A stretch of 64,000 bases of DNA, taken from contig CAUYUJ010000022.1 in assembly GCA_963575745.1 (NCBI GenBank), positions 1 to 64,000 of the forward strand. The letters are read 5' to 3'. The translations under genes were made by a program, and so were the position numbers. The stretch comes from Prorocentrum cordatum (taxonomy: Eukaryota). Shown here one piece after another: positions 11,473 through 22,649 of this stretch. The notes beneath the pieces were generated by a model. The model made no database searches and was not told the DNA's origin. It saw only the letters and a program-made list of their open reading frames with translations. Numbering within the stretch: position 1 is the first letter of the stretch; every line of letters begins with the position of its first letter.

Positions 11473-14400
11473 GGAACTACAGGCGCCCTCCCTCTGCCCT
11501 GCCTACCAGCCAGGAGTTGCAAGATAGATGGTCGCTCCCGTCCGCTCAGGGAGGAATGCAGGCTGAACCAATTGACTGGGTTACCTATGCCAATGACTAC
11601 CTCTATCACCCCACCGATGGGCAGGAGGCCAATGTTTTTCTTGGGCAATACACTGAGGAGGGCCTTGAGTGGGCCAAGAAAAAGCTGCAGCAGATTCGCA
11701 AGTATTTGCAGAAGTCTGGGCGTCGAAGAGCTGTTCCAGAATGGTCGGTCCCCATGGAAATGTTTTGGATGATCTTCTTCCCATACAAGCGCACGTCCAA
11801 ACGGTTCCGAGGGGTAGGGTACGAGGCCCCCAACATCGAGCTCAAGGTTGTACGAGGTTTTCTGGTTTCACTCATGCATAAGATTCGACGTTCTCGGCAG
11901 GTCCCACTGGTTTGGCACCTCTCGCAAGCTGCTGCGCTCTCTTGGAAGCGCGCGGTGCACGTTCTGTGTCCATTTGGCAAGGCATTCATCGCCGCGTGCA
12001 TTGACCCAGCTCAGAAAGATGAAGAGCCCCTCTCCTCTCATGGATGTATCGCTCGTCGTCGTCGAGAGACCCCTCTACTCGCCCAGCAAGCTCTTGGATG
12101 GAGGTTACGGCAGCTAGGACTTGAGTTTGTGAACGACCATAAGGATATCAGCAACGCCTTTGGGTCCAGTAGCTGGGATGCCTTAGAAAAAGCCAACAAG
12201 GAGGTCATGAGGGAGGGGGAGCACTACTATGGGGAGCAGAGGTTCAAGTTTTCGGTGGTCTGTTTTCGCGGAGTGGATGGGTATCGATTTGCCAAACCGT
12301 GGGTGGGTGCACTACAAGGAGACCCCTGGGCCGTCAAGGTTTTTGTCCGGGACATCGGAGACTGCTTTGAGGAGGCGCAAGCTGAATACCTCGAGTCGGG
12401 GGAGCCCACGGCAGATCGGTGTACGATCGAGCTTCACCCAGAGGGACAAGAGGTACTAGAAATTGATCTGTCTCTTCATAGTTATGTAGATGATGCTCTG
12501 CGCAAGCTGGTTGCGCACCCGTCGGAGAATGGGGCCATCTCTCTCAGTCGTCAATCTCTCTTGTATGATGCTATCCTGGCAGATTGTCTGGCTCGTCGCA
12601 ATTACCGCCTCAACCCCACCAAGAACGAAAGCGTTATCTCCTTCCAGGGACCTGGACAACAAGCCCGCAAAGCTAGTATAAAGTCTGGAGGCCTACCTAT
12701 GGCGGGAGTACCTAATGATGTGGCTAAATATCTCGGTTCGCTCGTTCGGTATGACAGTAAATTCAGCAGTGAACTCGAAGCTCGACTCTCGGCGGTCTCT
12801 GCAGGATATTGGTCTATGGGGCGGTACTGGTACCAGCCTCGCATCCCTTATGTAGAGAAGAGGGCCATGTTTTTGAGTCGAGTAGTTGGACCAGCAGTCT
12901 CAGCTCTTGAAGCATTCCTTCCTTCTGCTGCTCAGCTAGCTAGAATACAGACTCGAGTGGTTGATTATGGCAGACGAGCTCTTCGAGGTGCTGCTACTGA
13001 ATGGCACAATGGACACCGCAGGTCGATCACATCCCAACGTGTGCTGCAGCTCTGGAGAGTAGCCCCATTAGAAGTTGAGCTCCGAGTCCGTCGTCTAAAG
13101 TGGTATCAGAAATGGATACGTGAACCCCACTATCATGCCGCTGACTGGGGGGCTCTCTTCTTTGCCATCAAGGTTGAACGCGAGCGAGGTCTCCAGATCA
13201 TAGATGAACATGGGCACCTCACAGGACATGCGTCACCATGGGCTCACCGATTTGTCGAGGACGTACAGAGTCTGAGTCAGCTGGGGGGGGGGGGGGAACA
13301 TGCTGAAAAAATCGAGCACTGGGACCGTCGCCCCCTCCAGCTATTTGATGACCCTGAGCTTTCGAACTGGTTCGGAAGAATCGACATCGCCGAGCTGAGA
13401 GCGGCCACATACACAGTGTGTGTTCCCCCCCCTGGATACCAGGCCAGGCCAGATCCCCAAGAACCTGATCTCCCAGAACACCGAGATGGTGATGATTATC
13501 GATGCTGTATTAATGGCTGTGGTAAAAGTTTTGGTACTAGAAGACAGCTTACTAGCCATCTACATCAACATCATGGGTTACTAAATATCCTGGGATTGCT
13601 CACTATTGATAATCAGTGTTTTATTTGTGGGCAGATTTTCGAGTCCAGAAACTCAGCGTATAAACACACCAAGGACTCGTTCAGGACGGGGATTTGCATC
13701 CAGGGCAGGTCGAACACGTTCAGGACCGCAGGCCAAGATGACCATGCCAATTACATGCGCCCGCTCTGTCCCACATATCGGCTCGATCGAGTTTGTCTTC
13801 ATCAACATTTTCGTGAGCACTTCACTGTTCTTCCTATCGTACACGACGTGCGTGATGCCAGAAGGGGCAGCAGCAGCGGCGGCGGCCAGCAGCGAGGAGT
13901 GGAAGCCCAAGGCTCCCAGTTGGGGCCCCCCAGCAGTCAGCAAACCCAAAGCACGACCAGCAGAAGGGGAAGCAGCTGGAGAGCGAGGACCCAAGAGCCC
14001 GCGGCGCCTCAAGCAGCTCAAGCAAGCTACGGAAGACACGATGCAGCGCCATTCCCTCGGACCACTCAAAGCACTGGTAAAAGTTCTCACCAAGTTGTGT
14101 CTCAACAACAGCAGGGACATGGCCGACCTCATTGGCGCTTGCTACAGCTGTTTCATCCTCGCCGCCGCTCATCCACTGGTAGTGGCAGTCCTCGCAGCAG
14201 GGAAGCAGTACTACGAGAGCTGCAAGGAGGCTGGACGCGACCACTCATACGGCCCACCATGGACGCACATGTGGCTGGCGCTGTTGACGGCGCTGCTCGA
14301 GCATCCAGAGACCCCCGAGACGTCCAAGAAGGCCTTGAAGGTCTACTGGGATGCCAACATCGCAGGAGACAGGAGCTCGCTTCACCAGCTGCAGGACCAG

Positions 14401-15053
14401 ATACGGTATTGCAGAATGCGGCCCACATACTACAACAAGCGCAAGCAGGAGAAGCCGACACACTACAAGCTCCAGTTCATGCTGAGCGCGCAGCTGCAGA
14501 GCAGCCAAATCTACTTCGACACGACGCCCGTGGGCACGGTGCACCAGGCGGTGTGCGAGGCTCTCTTCAAGATCGGCGGCAAGTACAAACCAGGGGGTCC
14601 TCCCAAGGGCGGCCTCGAGAGGGAGGCGCTCAAGCTCCTCGGCAGGATGGGCATGAACAAAGCGGACGACGAGGACATGAGCGACGACGACGAGCTGGCG
14701 GGCTAGATGCCAGGCTCACGCACATCGCGGGATCAGAGCGCATGCTCAGCATGGCGCAGCATGGGCAGCTTCAGGATGCCGGACTGAGGGCACTGCAGGC
14801 TCGTTCGAGCCACCCCATCCTTCAGTATACCTCTCCCTCTGGCAGCATCTTCATGGCCTTTTATGCCCCTCCTCTCCAATTCCAGATTTCTTTAGAAGAT
14901 ATCACGACTCGTGCTGCCAGTCTTCGAGCCATGCCTCTACGCGGCTCGACGGCTACTGTTGTTTCTGCAGGTGATCGTGCCCAGGATAGACTCATCAGTA
15001 CAGCGTTGCAGCATGGTGGCGATGATGATAGGATCTCCAACTCCCAGTCATGA
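11473..15053 (+). CDS. Reverse transcriptase with two C-terminal zinc-finger-like motifs and a long low-complexity tail
   Basis: RT motifs DISNAFGS, GALQGDP, YVDD (12483-12494), LNPTKNE, KYLGS; CCINGCGKSFGTRRQLTSHLHQHH and CFICGQIFESRNSAYKH at about 13500-13670; frame open to TGA at 15053. Confidence 0.9.
13855..14706 (+). CDS. 283-aa unknown protein encoded downstream of the RT core and overlapping the RT ORF in another frame
   Basis: ATG 13855 to TAG 14706; normal globular composition (LTKLCLNNSRDMADL, YGPPWTHMWLALL, GGPPKGGLEREAL); third positions visibly G/C-rich; lies inside the TSD-bounded element. Confidence 0.8.
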   Translation: MPEGAAAAAAASSEEWKPKAPSWGPPAVSKPKARPAEGEAAGERGPKSPRRLKQLKQATEDTMQRHSLGPLKALVKVLTKLCLNNSRDMADLIGACYSCFILAAAHPLVVAVLAAGKQYYESCKEAGRDHSYGPPWTHMWLALLTALLEHPETPETSKKALKVYWDANIAGDRSSLHQLQDQIRYCRMRPTYYNKRKQEKPTHYKLQFMLSAQLQSSQIYFDTTPVGTVHQAVCEALFKIGGKYKPGGPPKGGLEREALKLLGRMGMNKADDEDMSDDDELAG

Positions 15054-16112
15054 GGTGGACTGTGGGGGACTTTCGGGTGTGGAGTTCATTTTCCTATCTG
15101 AGCCCCTCGGTGCCTCTCATTTCATACACATACATATTGATTGCGTTGCTTCACTTACTCTTTGAGGGGTTCACTCGTCGCCTCTCAGTGCTTTGCAGGA
15201 CAGATGGTGCCTCGGCGGGGCCCCAAGGTTCCCCCATCAGGGGTCCCCGCATGTGGCCAGTGGAATCCCCCTGCAGAGCGACCGACTACCGATGTCGACA
15301 GACAGCGGACGCAGATCCTCTTGCAGTACAAGGCCGCTCTTCTTTTTTGCACCGTGTAGAGAGGTCACAAGCACATGGGTCGCAAGCGTGTCTTATCTTA
15401 TCCTCCTCCAACTCCTCCTCCTCCTCCTCCTCCTCCTCCTCCTCCTCCTCCTCCTCCTCCTCCTCCTCCTCCTCCTCCTCCTCCAATTCCTCCTCTTGCA
15501 TGGTGGCACAAGTCGCCATAACGGCATCCCGGTTTAGGCCTTTCCGCTGGCGCAGCCTTCCCCTGCCTCGCCGCCGACGCAAAAACGCGTGCATCCAAGG
15601 GGTATATCCTTTTGCCCCCCCCTTCTTCCCCAGAGATCCAGCGTATGGGAAACAGAGGATGGAGGGTTTTCGCTGTTTCGGCATCTAAAGGCCTTCGCTG
15701 GGCCCTGGGACAATCTCGAGGCCCTCGCCGACCCCAGGGACTGTGTCGAGACTTCTATGGGCCCGGTATGGTAGAAAAAAAAAAACGTCGTATCTCTGGG
15801 TCCCTATACACTTTCGGCGGTCGCGGGCTCGAAAGCAGAGTCGCGGCGGAGAATGCTGGGATGCGGTGATCGCGCGGCCGGGCCCTCATGAGAATCTCCC
15901 ATAGGGAGCTCCACCGAAAGCCCCGGTGGACGCGGCCGCATGCGTCTCCCCCACCCAGCGTCCGCCTGTCCGGGGTGGTCGCCCTCCCCCCTGCTCAGGC
16001 CCCCAGAGACCAGGACGCAGACAAACCAGGACACGGAAGACCAAGGAAACGACATCCTTTCCTGCAAAGTCACGTTTTTCAGCACCCTTGCATGTTTTGT
16101 TTGTTTCTGCAC

Positions 16113-16321
16113 GAACGAAATGGGCACGGAAAGAATGGGTATAATGCCCAACAGCAGTTCCTGTTCATTTTGAACAGGACTCGCTGTCCACGCCGCCGCG
16201 GCCTGTGTCCATTTGAGACAGAAGGCCGCCTGCCCAACAGTGGCCGCTGTTGGTTTGGGACAACATTTGTTGTTGGGCATTGTACCCATTCTTTCCGTGC
16301 CCATCTCGGGCGTCCAAACTG
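16113..16321. mobile_element. MITE-like family D (about 210 bp, about 35-bp TIR)
   Basis: TIR ATGGGCACGGAAAGAATGGGTA.AATGCCCAACA; CTGCAC on both flanks; copies at 45269-45480 and (partial, reverse) about 50585-50758. Confidence 0.8.
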
Positions 16322-16749
16322 CTGCACTGCAGGATTCGGGTTTGTGTCCGGGTTTAGAGGGGGTCTTGCAGGCTTTTGGGGCCTGTCTCCGGGTTTATAT
16401 TGGCAATGCTGCAGTGCAGTTTTTTTTGCTCGTGCCGCCGTTTGGAAAAATTGGTTTCGAGGGATGTTGGGTGTCCAGGTCTACAGTCGGGGCCCTGAAG
16501 AAGGAACCCTTTTCGTTGGGGAGGGGTTCCGTGTTCCTTAATTGTTTCGCAGCTTGCTTTAGATTTTCCTTAGGGGTTCGATGCGACATCGAAGTTTAAC
16601 TTATGGAAAATAGGGGCCTCGCTCCTTATTTAGAGTTCCTTAGGTCAACGCCCCGAGTGTAGCGTGTCCGGGTCTACGTGGCCTGGACTTGCGCCGACCG
16701 GTCAGCGATCCCCGATCCCCGAGCATCCCCAGACCCCTTCGGGTAAGAC

Positions 16750-16912
16750 TCAGGAGGGGAAAAAAACACACAGACACAATTAATCGTCGATCCCCCAGAA
16801 AATATGGGAAAATATGGGAATTGGGAGGGAAGACAAAAACCCAGAAAATATGGGATAAGATTGGGAATTGTTTAATTTGTGTGTATTTATTTGTGTGTCC
16901 TGGGGCCCCTTC
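16750..16912 (+). mobile_element. Family A copy 3
   Basis: Same sequence; AAGAC direct repeat at 16745-16749 and 16914-16918. Confidence 0.8.
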
Positions 16913-18399
16913 GAAGACGCAGTCGCGACAGATGGCTTTTTGCTGTTGCCGCCGTCGGCCTCCTGGCCCGGGGGGGGGGGCTGTCGCCAGGTCGCGGGAC
17001 AGTTGAAGGGCCAGTCGATCCTGGGGAATGGGTCGATACCTCCAAGGGTCCACGCCGTGAAACAGACATGGGGTCTGGGATCTGGGCCGATCCTCCCTCC
17101 TCGATTCTGGATCCTGGACTATCGATCTCTCCTTCTGCTGCTGCTGCTGCTGCTGCTGCTAACGGTTGACGAAGGTCATCCTGCAACCGCCTGTCCTGCC
17201 GAGCGCCCGGGGGCTCATTAGGGAAAAGGTGAGACGCGAGAGGTAAGACAAAATTGTGGGGCTCGACCCCAGTAAGGAATAAGAGGGAGAAGGAGAGGGG
17301 GCAGCAACATAACAGACATCCATCGGGGGCAGGAAGAAGAGATGGAGGTACACGGTAAAGCACAGACAGGCGCAGATGGACCCCTAAGGGCCCTGTTTTG
17401 AGTCCCCCCCCCATTTGGGTCCCCCAACCTCATGGGGTCGGTGCCCTGGGGGTGCCCTGGGTCAACCCTTCTGGGGCGCCCTCGTGGACAGAGGATGGGA
17501 GGTGGGTGGGTGGGGGCACTGAGGTAGCCGAAGGTTTTTAATACATGAAAAGTGCCGGTGGCCCTGATGGCCCTGTTGGCAGTTGGCTCCGCTGATGCGC
17601 TGGGTTGCATCGAGTTGGCCCTGTTGGCCATGGTGAGGGTACTCTCTGTGGCCCCAGTGGCCCGGCGGCTAGACAGCGCAAGAAGCTGCAAGGAGATAGG
17701 TATCAAGGCTGTGAGCATATGATCAGCGCCTGGCCCTGGTGGCCCTGTCAGTGTGGGTGGGGCACTGTAGGCTTCAAAAGCACAAGAGGATCGGCGGAAC
17801 ACGGAGGTAGGACGGAGGGTTGTATGGTAGTCCAGGTGGAACCAAGCATCAGGCAGCGGGGGTAGGAGGTGGAGGGTTTGCTTGGTCAGTGCCCTACTGG
17901 CCGTGAAAAAGTGAGAGGACATTTGCGGGGCCATTCTGAGGGTGCCGCGGTGCGGCACGGCCGAAGGCAAGGACCTCAGCTCCTGCAGTTAGGAACCCCG
18001 CCTAGCTAGCAGACGTCATCCTGGCTGGCACCCTCCGCCTCCGAGGATGAAGTTGGGTACCCAGTCCAAGGTGAGTATGTCTGCTGTCTGGGGGGTTCAC
18101 CTCGCGTGGATCTGGTTTGCTTTCGATACTCCCCGACGAAGGCAGTAAGCTGCAACCCTCGTCGGGGGAGGTGAATGGCGTGTGGTGAGGACGGGGTGGG
18201 TAAAGAGATACATGCCATCTGTTTGCAGGTTTCGAACCACGGCAGCATGGCCAACGCCATGCCGCCGACGGCTGAGTGCTCCCCTTCCCGCCCATCATAT
18301 CCCCCCGTCCCGATTCCACAAGAGGGGGGAAGGCGAAGGTTAGCGGGGCGAGGCACGAGGACCAGGAAGGTGGAGAGGGTTGGGGAGATAGGTGGAATC

Positions 18400-21300
18400 T
18401 GATCGAAGACGGAGTTGATGTAGGCGGTGCAATTGATTTAGTCGCGGTACCCTGTGCCTTCCTCGTGGAGGTATTGCCGCCATTCGTCCGTGCTCTGCCG
18501 CTTGGTGAGGGAGATGGGATAGCATGTACGCGCGTAGTGAGATGTAGGGATCGCGCGGCCAGCCGCTGTAAGGTCGGTCCGACCATGAGGCCTGGCCTCA
18601 GTCTTGTGGCGTCCAGGTGGGGTTAGCCTGGTTCGCTCGCAGAGGGTCGAGCCGTGGGAGTCTGAGAGGGAGTCGGCGTATGAGTCGAAGAGGTGTTTTG
18701 GAAAGTAAGTCGGAGAGGTGGAAGGGGCGTAGTGCATGGTGGTGCTGTGGCGGCGTCGGTCGGGCGCGCGGGCGCCAGGTTCGGCCGTCCAGGCCTGCGT
18801 TGGTGATGGCGAGGATGGCTACCGCCAGTGATTAGGGTGCAGTTGGCCGGCGTAGTCGCTGAGCTTGCCGAGGAACTTGGAGGCGGAGTCATTGGCCGAA
18901 GTGATCTCCTTCTGGATGCCGAGGAAAGTGTTGTAACTGACCTGTGGTTCCCCTACCATAGTGGTGAGGGTGTCGAGCTTCTCCTGGGTGTCGTGGTATT
19001 GGGGGCGGTACTCGGAGATGATTTCTGCGATCAAAGCTTGTTTGCTGATTCGCGCGTTGTTGCATTGAGTGATGGTACCGCGGGCCCAGAGCTCGCTCTT
19101 GCTGTTGAAGGGCACGCTGAGTATTGTGACCTCGTCGCCCTCGTTGACAGTGATGGTGCCGTGGGCGATGGGGTCCTCCAGCCTGGTGTGGTACGAGTAG
19201 CGTATGGTGGCTCCCATAGGGAAGGTGATTGTGTCGGTGTTTACTTTCTCGTGGGTGATCGTCGCGATGGGGAACCATTCCGTGGGCTTTTAGGGCTCCA
19301 CTTGGATGGGGTGTGGTTGGTTGTCGTTTGCAGTGAGAGTGCTGGTGCTTAGCGTCGGGTCGTGGATGCGGTAGTGTGCGTGTGCTGTTCCCCTGCATCG
19401 GGCTCCTGCTGTGTGGTCGTGTCCTCGTAGTCGATCTTGTCCTTCGGTTGTTCTGCGGTGTTTTCCTTGACGGTCGGCTGGGTAGGTGGGGCCTTGAATC
19501 TCACTGGCTTTGTTCCTGGGTTGGGCCCACTTCGAGGGGAGGCTTGGTGACCTGGGTTGGAAGTCGCCTGCAGGGGAGTGGTTGCTGGCATGGTGCTGGC
19601 GATTGTACTGCCAGTGCTGGTAGGTATGGCAGTGTCAGACATATGGGCTGTGTTGTTGATTGCGGTTATCAGTCTAGTTTCCTACATGTGGGTGCTTTCT
19701 CCTTGTGATGTCGACTCCCGCGTCGGTAGTATCTCGATGTGGATCTCGCGCTTGAAGATGCTGTGGTCGTCGCATGGTGCCAGTATTGGTTTGGGTCTGC
19801 GTATCTGTTTGATGCGACGGAGAATGTGGCTTACGCGTGGAGGGTGTGGGCCTCCTTCTCGTATAGGTGCGACCGCGAGCAATTTGTAGCCGAAGATGAG
19901 GACTGGCGCGGTGTAGTGGTTCACCTTGAGGCGGGAGAAGAGAGTGCCACATGCGTGCTCGCTGTGCTACAGATTTGCTCGGTCGGCCTATTGGCGAGCG
20001 TCTAGTCCCCGTTGGTAGTCGGTCCTCATCTTGTCGAGTAGGTCGTGGATGGTTTGTGCCATGGCTTTGTCGGCCTGCTCTCGTTTCACCGGGTGCTCAG
20101 GGATCATTGAGGGATGGAGGGTATATCGGCCTGAGGCTGTGGTAGAAGCAGCCGTCCTTGTTGATGCTGAAGGCCTCGATGTTCTGGTCGGTGAGCTGCC
20201 GAGTGTAGCATGGTTCGTAGTTGTCGTCGCCTGGGAACTTCCATTGGGTGGTGCTTGTCCCCAGGTTGTCGTGGTAGGCGAGGCTTCTCGTTGCGCCGGC
20301 GTGCGCGGCCCAGCCTGGTGGCAATTTAGCATGGTGAGATGGGTCAGGTCGCAGCGCTTCGCCTTGCCTGTACACTGGTGCGGCGCATGGGTTGCAGAAG
20401 TATCGGTTGGCCCCTGGCATCTTTGTGGTGATTTGTATGGGGGCCCTGCCTGGGGTTGGGCCAGGCGGCGGCGGCGGCTGGTTAGGCGTCGGTGTCGTGT
20501 TCTGGTTGTATATGAGCTGGAAGACGATCGGCATAGGGATTGGCATGGTTTCTTGGACCTGTGGTGTGGATCTTCGCTGAATCAGCTGCAGGTCGGCATT
20601 TCTGGGAGTAGCGCGAACTGGCCGTTGCGCCTGTTGTGGTCGAGCCTCTTGGAAAGCCGCATGCCATTCGGGGAAGTAGCTCTGGGTCCAGTTGATGGGC
20701 TGAAAGCCTGCGTTGCGTAGTCTGTGGCAGCGGTGAAGCAGGTCTCGTGTGCTGTGGCTCTCCTCGTCATCTGTGAGGTACTGCCTTGCGTTGTGGGCCT
20801 CTCGAGCTCGGATGGCTTGTCGATGTCGGTGACCTTTACCTGCGTGATGCCGCCAAGTAAAGTCTCGGTAGGTTGCTTGTACTCTGGTGCTTCGTAGTCA
20901 GGTCGGTGTCTTATCTCAGTTGGTGCATCCCCGTCGGGGGTGAAACCGACTTGGCGTACGATGATCTCCCTCTGAGTGGCCTCAGTGTGGACGTTGGTGG
21001 TTCCGTCGGTTCTTGTTGCACATGTCTCCGAAGTAGTGGCGATCTCCTGCAGCACCTGAGCTGGGTATTCGGTGAGGGCGTTGTCGACGGTGGCGGGCCG
21101 TTTGGGAAGGTCGCTGATGGGCGCGCTCAGCTTGAGAATCGTCACGCGGTTGTGCCCGTCCACGTGCCCTTCCATGCCGATGAAAGTGCTACGCTCCGTT
21201 GCCGTTGGTGACGTAGATCTGTTGGTATTCGCTGGCCTCTGATGTCCGTCTCGTCGCAATGTAGTCAACCGATTGTGCGTGGAGTAGTGTGGTGGCGATC

Positions 21301-22394
21301 CTCCTCCTATTGGTATGGGGAGGACGTATTTGTCAGAATGCGGGTGTGGTGCTCCTCTCCCGCTCGTTTCAATGATGTCTCTTGCATATGCTGATAGCAT
21401 CCCAATCTCGGAGGTCGGGTGCCAGGTGCCGTAGATCTCGGTGGTCGCCACGATGTAGACCGTCTGGCTGTATCGCTCGATGTTGCCGTGGATGGCTGTG
21501 CGTTCTATATCCTCGAAGTTGTGGCGCAGTTCTATGCCCTTCTTCTTGAAGATGTATAGGGTCTGAATGTTCGCGAAAGGCTCCTCGCCCTTGTTCTTCC
21601 ACGGTGGCGCTTGTAGCTGTGGTGGGCCAGTGCTCGCTAAGTTTTGGATGTCATGCCACTCCAAGTTGTGGACGGGTATCTTCTTGGAGCCGCGGTCGTT
21701 AGCAGCGTCTCCTTTTTCGCGGTGCTTCTGTGGCGAGGTGGTAGTGCAGGCAGTTGCCGGGTCGGTCCATCCAACGGTCTGTGCCGGTCCACATCTCGTT
21801 GCTGGAATGGACCGTGAAGTTGTCGCACAAGGTGGCCCACTTCTCCCCGACTTCGCCCTTCCAGCATTCCCCAGCTGCGGCGAGGCAGGCGGCGGCGATG
21901 CGGTGCCGATAGGTGGTCCGCACGACTCCGCCCTTCACTGCTGCGGGGGCGTCGATGTGGCCCAGGTCGAGGTAGGCGTGCGTGTAGTTGCGCGCGCGGG
22001 CGTCGGATGTGTTGACCCCTTGCGATGGCCTGGCAATGCCCGAGCAAGTGGCAACTCCTTGTGGCCCTGCTCGGCGGCCCCCAGGAGTGCAGATGATCGC
22101 CGTCTTGTTGTCGTAGCCCTTGTTGTAGGACATGATGGCAGGCTCTCCTTCTTGTTGGTCCTCTGGCGGGGCCTCGCTCCGCATCTTGCGTGGGGCTGCG
22201 TTGATGGCTGCGACTGTTTGTTGGTTGGCGTGGTCCAGGTCCTTCACTCCGTTGGTGCAGTGAGACTTGACCTCGTTGAAGTCGATGCACGTCTGTAGCT
22301 TGCCAAAGACGTCTGCCGGTATCCAAATGTCTTCGTCTTGATCTTGTTGAGGTATACTAAGCCGATCAGGGCGTAGATCCAGCGGCGTTTTCAT
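18400..22394 (-). pseudogene. Large fragmented intronless gene with WW-like (20232-20324) and SH3-like (about 19070-19210) domains
   Basis: ORF pieces 21699..22394, 20582..21664, 20097..20546, 19682..19924, 18819..19217; LPPGWAAHAGATRSLAYHDNLGTSTTQWKFP (WW pattern); YSYHTR...TITVNEGDEVTIL...ELWARG (SH3 pattern). Confidence 0.6.
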
Positions 22395-22453
22395 GGCGCA
22401 CTGCGCTTGGCAATGGGTGCGCCAGGGGCGCGCTGGTCAGCTTGGGCTTAGCT

Positions 22454-22477
22454 CTTGAGCCAAAGCTGCGCTACGGT
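22454..22477 (-). promoter_or_regulatory. Dinoflagellate spliced-leader (DinoSL) relic
   Basis: Minus strand reads ACCGTAGCgcagcTTTGGCTCAAG versus canonical DCCGTAGCcatTTTGGCTCAAG (exact 8-nt 5' and 11-nt 3' blocks), 59 nt upstream of the ATG at 22394. Confidence 0.8.
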
Positions 22478-22649
22478 CAGTGGTGCGTCAGAGTTGTTAT
22501 CAGGTGGTGTGCAGGTGGTGCGATGAGGGGTAGCGTGTTTTTTTACAGGGTGAGCGACCGGGCGCCACGCTGAGGCGCGCCAGAGCCACTTCTGAGGAAG
22601 CTGTCTGTATCGTAAGACATGGACCGCATTGGCCCGCGTAGCGCGGGGT

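Larger units (their letters stand above)
9873..15400 (+). mobile_element. Non-LTR retrotransposon (LINE-like, APE endonuclease + RT + C2H2 zinc fingers + downstream ORF), apparently full length
   Basis: 13-bp direct repeat TCCTCCTCCAACT at 9860-9872 and 15401-15413 (TSD); 3' end in a short (TCTTA)2 tail; internal EN and RT ORFs. Confidence 0.9.

Noticed and set aside
11466..11473. Programmed -1 frameshift site
   Set aside because: In-frame codons CCG AAA AAA GGA do not form a canonical X XXY YYZ heptamer; a homopolymer indel is the simpler explanation.
18100..18180. Hammerhead ribozyme (CCGACGA ... GAAA on the minus strand)
   Set aside because: The core does not match CUGANGA and is sequestered in a simple hairpin; no three-way junction is evident.
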